From NCBI GenBank assembly GCA_965215565.1, contig CBDCDZ010000004.1:3872001-3936000 (forward strand): a stretch of DNA of 64,000 bases. The letters run 5' to 3'. A program made the translations under genes and the position numbers. This document shows, piece by piece, positions 32,627-41,212 of the stretch. Below the pieces are notes generated by a model that worked only from the letters and a program-made list of their open reading frames with translations, was not told where the DNA came from and did no database searches. Source of the stretch: Trueperaceae bacterium. GTDB taxonomy: Bacteria; Deinococcota; Deinococci; Deinococcales; Trueperaceae. Positions within the stretch are counted from its first letter, which is position 1; the number at the start of each line of letters is the position of its first letter.

Positions 32627-32806
32627 CCTGAGGGTCTAAAAGCCACAATGATGTCGGTTCTCTCGGTTGCAAGGCGTCTTCTGTCATAAGCTGTTATCTA
32701 ATGCTGACAAGTTGGACTAACTTAAACGTTTCTCTACGCTTTGCTTTGGTACATGCAGCAGAAAGTGCGGCGCAAGGTATAGCGCAAGGTACGGCGAACT
32801 AGGGTC

Positions 32807-35155
32807 ATGTTCTGGATCATCTTCGCCTTTATCGTCTCGAGCAAATGCTTGGCCCTCGCCCTCTATGCGTATCGCAACCGGAGCGTGCCGGCCGCCTCCA
32901 TCTTCGTGCCCTTTTCGCTGCTGCTCGCGCTCTGGTCAGCGGGCTACGGGATGGAGCTGCTCAGCGAGGGCGTCGCGGCGAAGCTGTGGTGGGCGAGGGT
33001 GCAGTACGTCGGCATCGCGCCCATCCCAGTGGTCTGGTTCGCGCTCATGCTCCAGTACGCCCACCGGACGAGTTGGCTCAAAATGCGCGTTCTCGTGGCG
33101 CTCTCGGCGGTGCCGATAGGGACGCTCCTTCTGGTCTACACGAATGGGGCACACGGGCTTTTCTGGCGCGGCGCTCAGGTTGAAGCGTGGGGCGCGATCA
33201 CGCTCCTGGACCTCTCCTACGGTCCCTGGTTCTGGGTGCACATGGGGTACTCCTACGCGCTCCTCTTCGCGGGGATGGGGCTTCTAGGGTGGATGTTCGC
33301 GGGCTCGCTCTACTTGCACCGCAAGCAGTCCTCGAGCCTCCTCTTGGGCGGGCTCACGCCCGTGGCGCTCAACGTGCTCTACCTCTTCTTTCCGAACTTG
33401 CCCATCGATCTCACCCCCTACGGCTTCGGCTTGGGGATGCTCGCGGTGGCTCTGGGGTTTTTTTACTTCTACATCCCTGACCCTTTGCCAAACGCGAGAG
33501 CCGTCGTCATCGAAAACATGGCGGACAGCGTGATCGTGTTGGACGCGCGTCACCGCGTCGTGGACTTAAACCGCGCGGCGCTCTCTCTTCTAGACGTGCC
33601 CGCGAGTGAAATCATCGGACGCCCTGTCACGCGGGTGCTGCCGATCTGGTCAGGTTTGGAGGACTGGTTGAGCGGTGCGCCCGACGAGCCGCAAGAGGTC
33701 AGCGTGCAGGAACCTTTATGGGGTCAGATGCAGGGTCAGGTGCAGGGCGCGCCGCCCAAGTACTACCGTCTGCGCGCCTCGAGCGTACGGGAGCCGCGCG
33801 CCGACTTCTCGGGTCAGGTCTTAGTGATTCAAGATATCACTGAGGAGAGGACGCGCCACCTTCTCGTCGAAAGGATGGCGTACAGCGACGCGCTGACGGG
33901 TTTGACCAATCGCCGTGGCCTTTTGGAGCGAGGCGAGGCGCTTTTAGAACGCGCTGAGGCGAGTGGGCAAAACGTGATGCTCTTCTACCTCGACCTCAAC
34001 CGCTTCAAAAACATCAACGACACCTTGGGGCACGCGGCGGGTGACCAGTTACTCGTCCAGGCAGCCGAACGCCTCTACAACGCGGTCAAAGAGGACTATC
34101 TCTTGGCGCGCTTAGGCGGCGACGAGTTCGCGCTCGTCGCGCCTGGGCTCGGTGAAACAGACGCGCAACGGCTCGCCGAACGCCTGCTCGCCGAGCTGCG
34201 CCGCCCCTTCACGCTGCAAGGGCACACCCTCCACGTGGATGCGAGCGTCGGCGTCGCGGTCTATCCCCACAACGGCGAAAGCGTAGACGGTCTCTTAAAG
34301 TGCGCTGATATCGCCATGTATAGCGTCAAGGAGGGGCGCTCTATCTCACCCTTTTATAGCGATTCGCAGGGGGCGCGGCGGCGCGATCTACTCACCTTAG
34401 AAGAGAGGCTCCGCTACGCCCTGCGTAACGAGCGGCTGCACCTGTGCTATCAGCCTATCTCGAGCCTCCAAACGAGCCGCGTGGTAGGCGCAGAGGCGCT
34501 CCTGCGCTGGGAAGACGCGGCGGGCGAAGTCGCCTCGCCCGCAACCTTCATCCCCTTCGCCGAAGAACTCGGGCTGATCCGCGAGATCGACGAGTGGGTG
34601 CTCGCCAAGGCGTTCGAGACCCTGGCGGCTGGCGCGGAAGCCAACCCTGAAGCAGGTAAGAACCCGGTGCCCACTTGGGTCTCGATCAACGTCTCCGCCC
34701 GCTCGTTCCGCGAGGGTTCGCTCGTCAGCTACCTCATCAAGTTGCTCAGCACCACGCTCATAGACCACAGGGCGGTGGTTTTAGAGATCACCGAGAGCGC
34801 CTTTTTAGACCCCGCCTCGAGCTTAGACATCCTGCATGACCTCAAAGCGATGGGGCTGCGCGTCGCTGTGGACGACTTCGGCACGGGCTACTCGTCGCTC
34901 TCGTACTTAGAGAGCCTCCCCGTCGACATCCTCAAGATCGACAAGCGGTTCGTGTGGGGTATCGGCAAAAGCCGCGCGAAAGAGGCTATCGTGCGCACCA
35001 TCATCACGCTCGCACACAACCTGGGCGTGAGCGTGCTCGCCGAGGGCGTCGAAACCGAGGCGCAGAGGCGCTGGCTCAGGGCGGAAGGCTGCGACTTAGC
35101 GCAGGGGTATTTGCTCGGCAAACCGCAGCCGCCGCAGGCGCTTCTGAAGTATTAA
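32807..35155 (+). CDS. 7TM-PAS-GGDEF-EAL diguanylate cyclase/phosphodiesterase
   Basis: N-terminal HisKA_7TM-like helices, PAS, RLGGDEF, EALLRW, DDFGTGYSSL, AEGVET. Confidence 0.93.
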   Translation: MFWIIFAFIVSSKCLALALYAYRNRSVPAASIFVPFSLLLALWSAGYGMELLSEGVAAKLWWARVQYVGIAPIPVVWFALMLQYAHRTSWLKMRVLVALSAVPIGTLLLVYTNGAHGLFWRGAQVEAWGAITLLDLSYGPWFWVHMGYSYALLFAGMGLLGWMFAGSLYLHRKQSSSLLLGGLTPVALNVLYLFFPNLPIDLTPYGFGLGMLAVALGFFYFYIPDPLPNARAVVIENMADSVIVLDARHRVVDLNRAALSLLDVPASEIIGRPVTRVLPIWSGLEDWLSGAPDEPQEVSVQEPLWGQMQGQVQGAPPKYYRLRASSVREPRADFSGQVLVIQDITEERTRHLLVERMAYSDALTGLTNRRGLLERGEALLERAEASGQNVMLFYLDLNRFKNINDTLGHAAGDQLLVQAAERLYNAVKEDYLLARLGGDEFALVAPGLGETDAQRLAERLLAELRRPFTLQGHTLHVDASVGVAVYPHNGESVDGLLKCADIAMYSVKEGRSISPFYSDSQGARRRDLLTLEERLRYALRNERLHLCYQPISSLQTSRVVGAEALLRWEDAAGEVASPATFIPFAEELGLIREIDEWVLAKAFETLAAGAEANPEAGKNPVPTWVSINVSARSFREGSLVSYLIKLLSTTLIDHRAVVLEITESAFLDPASSLDILHDLKAMGLRVAVDDFGTGYSSLSYLESLPVDILKIDKRFVWGIGKSRAKEAIVRTIITLAHNLGVSVLAEGVETEAQRRWLRAEGCDLAQGYLLGKPQPPQALLKY

Positions 35156-35221
35156 AGCGCTTCAGTTAGGTTCTGTTGATATTTCAAACCGTCTGTTTTA
35201 CCTCTTCATGTGTAAGAGAGG

Positions 35222-35328
35222 TAATACCAAAGTGATTCAAGGGTGTCACAACGTGACTTCCTTAAACGCTCTATGAGCGTAACTTCTAACGTCCTCACAT
35301 TGTGACACCTCCTTTTCAGTCTGGTATA
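35222..35328. repeat. Dispersed repeat family C, copy 1
   Basis: TAATACCAAAGTGA...CAGTCTGGTATA; internal GGTGTCACAACGTGA / TCACATTGTGACACC. Confidence 0.65.
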
Positions 35329-35339
35329 AGGAGCAAGGG

Positions 35340-35451
35340 TAGTGGCTCTGTCCGGGATGATAGCGGTGTCAAAGCAAGGGGTTTCAACCCCTTGTTTATC
35401 ACGCAGAGACGGTAGAAGAAGCGTACGGTGGCATTCGACTCAGAACCATTA
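35340..35451. repeat. Dispersed repeat family B, copy 2
   Basis: TAGTGGCTCTG...CAGAACCATTA terminal inverted repeat; central CAAGGGGTTTCAACCCCTTG hairpin. Confidence 0.8.
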
Positions 35452-35464
35452 CCGGAGCAAGAAG

Positions 35465-35572
35465 TAATACTAAAGTGAAGTTTAGATGTCGTACTTTTGA
35501 CATCTAAACCGCGCGTGAGCGCGTACCCTCAGACGCTCTCAATTTACGACATCCTTGAATCAGGTTAGTATA
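35465..35572. repeat. Dispersed repeat family C, copy 2
   Basis: TAATACTAAAGTGA...CAGGTTAGTATA; internal GATGTCGTA / TACGACATC. Confidence 0.65.
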
Positions 35573-35840
35573 AGAAGGCTGTAAAGTACACGGGTTTACC
35601 TTGCTTGTTAGAGCGATTTTCTCAAAGGCCAAATGTCAACACAGCCAAATCAACGTTTCAGGCTTTTCTAACATACTGAAACGCTTCTCGGTGAGAAGGT
35701 CAAGGTTGCTCTACAAGAGGTTGAAGCGGTTGCTCATCCGTCACCGACAGCCCTGCTAGAAGTTTCACAGACGCTTCATGAGGTTCAGCGAACCTTAACT
35801 TTCTAACACGCTGACCCCCGCGTAACGCCTAACATGACCT

Positions 35841-36962
35841 ATGTTCCGTTACGGTTACGTTCCCTACATCTTCGCGGGGCTGCTCGGCTCCCTCGCCCTC
35901 GCCTGGACGCTCTTCGCCCCGTCCGCCGCCTGGGTCAACAGCGTCTATTCGAGCTACGTGTACCGTCACGTCGCGGCGGTGCTCGTGCCGCTGAGCGACG
36001 CGGTGCCCTTTTCGCTGACGGGGTTCGCCGCCCTTTTGCTCCTTGGCGGCGTACCGCTTCTCGTCGCCCGCTCGTGGCGGCGGCGCACGCCGACGAAAGG
36101 GGGCGTGCGCTGCTTCGCCCTCTTATGGTGTTGGCGCGTCGCGGCGTCCTCCGTCGCGCTCTACGCGCTCTTCTTGGCGACGTGGGGGGCGAACTACAGC
36201 CGCAGCCCGCTGGAGACGCGCCTCTCGTTAGAGACCACGCTCGCCACCACTGAAGAGATGACGGACCTCACGCTGAGCCTGGCGCAGATCGTCGCGGACA
36301 ACGCCGAGGCTGCGCGCAACCCCAACCTCGCTGCCTCACTGCGCGCCGCGCAAGCCTCCTTGAAAGAGGTCGTGTACGACTTCGAAGGGCAATTTGTAAC
36401 GCTCCCCTCGAGGGTCAAAGCCACCCCGCCCGGACTCCTGATACTGGGCGGACAGGCGTCCGGCGTGATCTCGCCATTTTTCCTCGAGGCGCACGTAGAC
36501 GGCGCGCTGCCCGACTACACGTTTTTAGCGGTAGGCTTACACGAACTCGCGCACGTCGCGGGCTACAGCAGCGAAGCCGAGGCGGACTTCGTCGCGGCGA
36601 TGGCGGGCTTAAAGGCGCATGACCCCTACGTGCGCTACAGCACCGCGCTGAGCCTCTTCTCGCGCTTCGCGTGGCGGCTCCCCGGCGAGACGTACAGAGC
36701 CGCTTACGATTTGCTCCCCGAAGTCGCTCTGGCTGACCTCGCCGAACGCCAAGCGGTGCGCGCCAAGTACAGCCCGCCCGCGCCCGTCCAGAAGGTGCAG
36801 ACCAAAGTCTACGATTCCTACTTGCGCACGCAGGGCGTGAGCGCGGGCATTCAGGACTACGGGCGCGTCGCGAACTACCTCGCCTCGGCGCAGCGCGAAG
36901 GGCTCCTCGCCCTGCCGCACATCGTCAGCATCCGGGCGAGCGCAGAAGTGAGGCTCGAGTAA
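35841..36962 (+). CDS. DUF3810-like membrane protein, putative zinc metallopeptidase
   Basis: YS..VY, VPFSL, WGANY.R.PL, G..SPF..EA, HELAH..G...EAEADF. Confidence 0.8.
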   Translation: MFRYGYVPYIFAGLLGSLALAWTLFAPSAAWVNSVYSSYVYRHVAAVLVPLSDAVPFSLTGFAALLLLGGVPLLVARSWRRRTPTKGGVRCFALLWCWRVAASSVALYALFLATWGANYSRSPLETRLSLETTLATTEEMTDLTLSLAQIVADNAEAARNPNLAASLRAAQASLKEVVYDFEGQFVTLPSRVKATPPGLLILGGQASGVISPFFLEAHVDGALPDYTFLAVGLHELAHVAGYSSEAEADFVAAMAGLKAHDPYVRYSTALSLFSRFAWRLPGETYRAAYDLLPEVALADLAERQAVRAKYSPPAPVQKVQTKVYDSYLRTQGVSAGIQDYGRVANYLASAQREGLLALPHIVSIRASAEVRLE

Positions 36963-37012
36963 AGAGGGAAGGTGACAAGAGGTTGTGCGTCGCCCTGATA
37001 AGCTAGGGCGTT

Positions 37013-37897
37013 TTGAACGTTACAAGCTCGAGTCCAACACCACCAACACTAGGTGTCGCGTTAGGCGGCGGCACAGCGCGGGCGTACGCGCACGTGGGAG
37101 CGCTCCGCGTGTTGGAAGAGGCGGGCTATGCTCCTGGCGTGCTCGCAGGCACGAGCTACGGCGCGCTCCTCGCGGCGCTCTACGCCCTGGAGCCGGACGC
37201 GCGAAAGATCGCGCGCTGGGCGAGCGAGCAGAATATGGTGACGTGGTGGTCGCGCAACCTCGACGCGGGCTTCTCCAGGGCGAGCTTAGTGGCGGGGGAG
37301 AAGATCGAGCGGTGGCTGGAGACGCTCTTCGGCGGGGCGACGTTCGCCGATACCTCCGTTCCGCTGCTTATCGCCTGTACGGACGTGGATACGGGCGAAC
37401 TGGTCCTCTTGCAAGAGGGCTCGCTGGCGCGCGCGGTGCGCTCGAGTTGCGCCCTGCCGGGGCTCTACGCCGTGCCTGAGGTGGCGGGGCGGCGTCTCAT
37501 CGACGGCGGCTTCGTTATGCCCGTGCCCGCCCGACCTCTTCTAGCAGTGAGCGAGGTGGTCGTCGCGCTGCACGCGGGCGTCGAGGTTGAGCGCGCCGCC
37601 TCGGTTCGTCTCATCAAGCGGTGGCACGCCTCCACACTCGGGCAGACGCTCCACGCCCGCTCCCTCCGCTCGGCGAGCCGCACCCCTTGGAGCGCTCTCA
37701 GCAAAGGACTCGCGCACGCGAGCGCCTCCTATAGCCGCGCGCAACCTCTTCCCGCCGAATGTTTGCTCGTCAAGACCGCGCCGCCTATAGCTTGGTGGGA
37801 CTTCCACAAGTCGGACGCGGCGGTGGCAGCGGGCGAGCGGGCGATGCGCGCGGCGCTGCCCGAGCTGACGAAGCGGTTCGAGGATACACTGAACTGA
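37013..37897 (+). CDS. Patatin-like phospholipase
   Basis: LGGGTARAYAHVG, GTSYG nucleophile elbow, DGG motif. Confidence 0.9.
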   Translation: MNVTSSSPTPPTLGVALGGGTARAYAHVGALRVLEEAGYAPGVLAGTSYGALLAALYALEPDARKIARWASEQNMVTWWSRNLDAGFSRASLVAGEKIERWLETLFGGATFADTSVPLLIACTDVDTGELVLLQEGSLARAVRSSCALPGLYAVPEVAGRRLIDGGFVMPVPARPLLAVSEVVVALHAGVEVERAASVRLIKRWHASTLGQTLHARSLRSASRTPWSALSKGLAHASASYSRAQPLPAECLLVKTAPPIAWWDFHKSDAAVAAGERAMRAALPELTKRFEDTLN

Positions 37898-37898
37898 T

Positions 37899-39104
37899 AT
37901 GTACGTCTTTCTGCCCCTCTCGAAAACAGCTTGGTTCGTCGCGCTAGAGAACCTGCATCACGTCCTCGCGGCTAAAGAGGTTGCTTCGGTGCGGCGGGCG
38001 TATACAGCGCTCTACACCGCGCTGAGCGAAGCCGCCGCGCCCGACTTAGCGAGCGCGGCGGCGCGGGATTTGCTCTATCTGGACTCGAGCCTCGCTCACG
38101 CCGCGATGCGCGCGGCCTCTTCTCAAGGGGTGCCGGTGGGACTCTTAGCGGGTGCGCGCGCTGACCTCGAAGACCTTCTCGACTTGCTCAAACGTGACTG
38201 GCAACGTGAGTGTGAGCAGATGGGGGAGAGCGTGCCGCCGCTCGCCGAGTTAGCACCCCCTCTTGCTTCAGAACTCGACCTGACCCAACTGGACGCCGAA
38301 GAGGTCTTGGACAAGCTCTTGGCGCACTACGCACAACATGGCGCGGGACTGCTCGCCCGCTACCGCGCGTTTCGCTGGACGGGTCAGCGCTTAGAGGGCG
38401 TGGCGCATCCCGCACAGAGGCGCGCGCGGTTAATCGGTCTTGAGCGTCCTTTGGCACGACTCGAGCAGAACACCGAGGCGTTTTTAGCGCGTCAGCCCGC
38501 GCAGCACACGCTCCTCTACGGACCGCGCGGCAGCGGCAAGTCCACCGCCGTCAAGCGCCTCTTGCCGCGCTACGCCGAGCGCGGCTTGCGTTTAGTCGAG
38601 CTTCCGGCGGCGCACCTCGCCGACTTGCTAAGCGTCACTGAACATCTGCGCGGACGCCCGCACCGCTACATCCTCTTCGTGGACGACTTGAGCTTCACGG
38701 GGGAGGACACGGGTTATGCGCCCCTCAAGACGCTCTTAGAAGGCTCGCTCACCGAGCGCCCCGAGAACGTCCTCATCTATGCGACGAGCAACCGCCGCCA
38801 CCTCGTCAGCGAGCGCTTCTCGGACCGCCCTGATCCCTTAAACGACCCCTCTTACAACGATGTACATGCCTGGGACACGCAGCACGAGCGCCTCGCTTTA
38901 GCAGACCGCTTCGGCTTGACGCTGACCTTTCCCAACGCCACGCAGTCGCGCTACTTGGGCATCGTGCGGGGATTGGCGGCGCAAGGGGGGCTGGAGGCGG
39001 ACGACTTGGAAGCGAGGGCGGTTCGCTTCGCCGAGTGGGGCAACGGCTACTCGGGGCGCACGGCGCAGCAGTTCGTGGACGCGATGCGCGCGGGCTTAGT
39101 GTAG
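37899..39104 (+). CDS. DUF815 family AAA+ ATPase
   Basis: YGPRGSGKS, LFVDDLSF, LKTLLEG, YATSNRRHLV.E, LADRFGL, SGRTA.QF. Confidence 0.9.
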   Translation: MYVFLPLSKTAWFVALENLHHVLAAKEVASVRRAYTALYTALSEAAAPDLASAAARDLLYLDSSLAHAAMRAASSQGVPVGLLAGARADLEDLLDLLKRDWQRECEQMGESVPPLAELAPPLASELDLTQLDAEEVLDKLLAHYAQHGAGLLARYRAFRWTGQRLEGVAHPAQRRARLIGLERPLARLEQNTEAFLARQPAQHTLLYGPRGSGKSTAVKRLLPRYAERGLRLVELPAAHLADLLSVTEHLRGRPHRYILFVDDLSFTGEDTGYAPLKTLLEGSLTERPENVLIYATSNRRHLVSERFSDRPDPLNDPSYNDVHAWDTQHERLALADRFGLTLTFPNATQSRYLGIVRGLAAQGGLEADDLEARAVRFAEWGNGYSGRTAQQFVDAMRAGLV

Positions 39105-39273
39105 CTAACTGCGAGCGGGGGTTGAGAACGCCGCGTTCACCAAATCTCCATGAAGCTCACATTGACGCCCTTGGAACGTTTTGAGCGCAGAGAGGTTGTT
39201 AGGCTGAGCCCACACACCTCATGACCTCATCCGCTACTTTGTCCTAAATATCACTCTGTCCTAATATTGCTTT

Positions 39274-39408
39274 CAGCACTTCCAGAACATACTGAGACAG
39301 ATTGCCGCAGGTATCATCTCCGAAAGTGGGTGCTCATCAATGTTTTATACAGTGAGAGTGTTTCAGACCAGCTCCGAACGTTAGTGAGACAGACTTTGAT
39401 ACCTGCTA
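39274..39408 (-). repeat. Dispersed repeat family A, copy 9, with an insertion
   Basis: AACATACTGAGACAG shared with copy 2; GACCAG[insert]TGATACCTGCTA. Confidence 0.75.
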
Positions 39409-39431
39409 TTTGACCCAGCAAAGGTGACGAC

Positions 39432-40463
39432 ATGGCGAGACTTCTACCCCTCATCCTCCTCTTCTTAGGCGCGTGCAGCTTCTTGCCGCTCCGCCCTACC
39501 ATCGACCTCTTGAATTCGCTGCCGGGACCGACCTCGGGTAGTTTCACGCTGGACACGTCCGCGACTACACTTGATCTCTTGCCGCTGCTCGGCAACCCTG
39601 AAGGAAGCTTCCGCGAGACGCTGCCGGTGGGCGGCGCGAGCGTCCCCCTCTCGCTCACGTTGCCGAACGAAGCGGGGCAGCCGCTCGATTTGAGGGCGGA
39701 GCCGCTGCCCGTCACGCTGCAAGCTGCGACGCTCAGCTACGCTCTGAACTTGGCGAGTGAGAATTTGACGGGTGACCTGGAGGTGCAGCCCTACTTGGCA
39801 CCCTCTGGCGGCGGCTCTATCGTGCAGCCTGAATACGCTTTGGGCGAGCCCCAGCGCGTGACACTGGGCGGCGCGAATACCTTTCAAGCGGACGTGGCCC
39901 TAAATGACGCGCAGCTTGCGGGCATCAACGACAGAGGGTTGCGTCTGGCGCTTCGGGTCTCCGGCAGCGCGGGCGTCGCTTCGGCGGGCGAGGTGACGCT
40001 GAGCTACGAGTTTTCAGCCCTCGAGCTAGACGTCGGCGCACTCGGCGCGAGCACGAATACCCGCCTGCCCGACGCGGACGGTGAAGCGTTCGACTTCAGT
40101 GAGGTCCAAGTGCCCGGACCCGGGCGGCTCATCGGCGCTGACCTAGACTACGCCCTCACCCTGTCACACAACGCGGACTCGAGCGGCACCCTCACCGCGC
40201 AGGTCTACCTCGCGCCTCCCGGTACCGATGTGCTGTGGCAAGAGGCGTACTTGTTCGACACCGTGGAGGTAGACTTGCAGCAGCGAGAGGTGAACCTAGC
40301 GAGCCGCGCGAGCCTGAACGACGCGCAGCGCCCCCTACTGGACGAGAAACGGTTGCGCTTCGGCGTGCGCGTCACCGGAGACGGGGAAGTGACGCTCGGT
40401 GAACCGGTGAGCATCCTTTACAATATAGAGCAGCTCGACCTCACGGTGAGCTACGCGCTCTAA
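39432..40463 (+). CDS. Hypothetical lipoprotein with two tandem homologous beta-rich domains
   Basis: Lipobox LGAC; LP...G..D...YAL.L....G.L..Q.YLAP...LNDAQ...LR...RV.G occurs twice. Confidence 0.75.
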   Translation: MARLLPLILLFLGACSFLPLRPTIDLLNSLPGPTSGSFTLDTSATTLDLLPLLGNPEGSFRETLPVGGASVPLSLTLPNEAGQPLDLRAEPLPVTLQAATLSYALNLASENLTGDLEVQPYLAPSGGGSIVQPEYALGEPQRVTLGGANTFQADVALNDAQLAGINDRGLRLALRVSGSAGVASAGEVTLSYEFSALELDVGALGASTNTRLPDADGEAFDFSEVQVPGPGRLIGADLDYALTLSHNADSSGTLTAQVYLAPPGTDVLWQEAYLFDTVEVDLQQREVNLASRASLNDAQRPLLDEKRLRFGVRVTGDGEVTLGEPVSILYNIEQLDLTVSYAL

Positions 40464-41212
40464 CTAGGGCCCTCGAGCCAGCCCGCCAGCCACGCCTCGG
40501 CGTGCGGCATTCCGCTCTCCCGCGCAGCGTCTACGAGAGGTGCAATGTCATAAGGGACGCGGCGGAAGGTGAGGCTGGGTTGACCTTGAACTGCGCTTAG
40601 AAGGGCGTACTCTGCCCAGTGCGGATGCACCGCGCCCGCCGCTCCCTCGAAGAAGGCAAAGGGCAGCCCGGCGCTGCCGGGGTTGACCAAAAATCCCTCT
40701 CTGTAGCGACGTAAAAGCTGCGTATGCGTATGACCGCCCGCCATCACCTGAGCGTGTCCGCCTGCAGGTTCACCCGCGAAAAGGTCCTCCAGTGTTTCGT
40801 CCGGTGTCGTTGCGACAATCACGTCGTTGAAAGATTGGGGCGAGCCGTGGAAACAGAGGAGCGAGATACCCTCCTCCTCGAACCTCAGTGTCGGCTCGAA
40901 GGTGCGCACGAACGCTAGGTCGTCCTCTTCCACCTGTTCGGCGCACCACGCTTCGATGTCGAAGATGAGCTGCGCGTCGTCGCCTGTAACCTCTTCGCGC
41001 CGACGCGGCTTGAGCAGCGAGGCGTCGGTGTTGCCCATCACCACCGGACAGCCCAACGCTTTGATGCTCGAGAGCGCCTCACGCGGCTGCGGACCGAAGT
41101 TCGCCGCGTCGCCTAAACAGACGATTCGCTCCGCGCCAACCTCTTTGATGTCTCTAAGAACGGCTTCTAAACCGGGTAAGTTTCCGTGAATATCTGCGAT
41201 GAGCGCGATCAT
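40460..41212 (-). CDS. Metallophosphoesterase (calcineurin-like, YfcE-like)
   Basis: ADIHGN, LGD, GNTD, HGSP, GHTH, NPGS. Confidence 0.9.
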   Translation of the reverse strand: MIALIADIHGNLPGLEAVLRDIKEVGAERIVCLGDAANFGPQPREALSSIKALGCPVVMGNTDASLLKPRRREEVTGDDAQLIFDIEAWCAEQVEEDDLAFVRTFEPTLRFEEEGISLLCFHGSPQSFNDVIVATTPDETLEDLFAGEPAGGHAQVMAGGHTHTQLLRRYREGFLVNPGSAGLPFAFFEGAAGAVHPHWAEYALLSAVQGQPSLTFRRVPYDIAPLVDAARESGMPHAEAWLAGWLEGPS

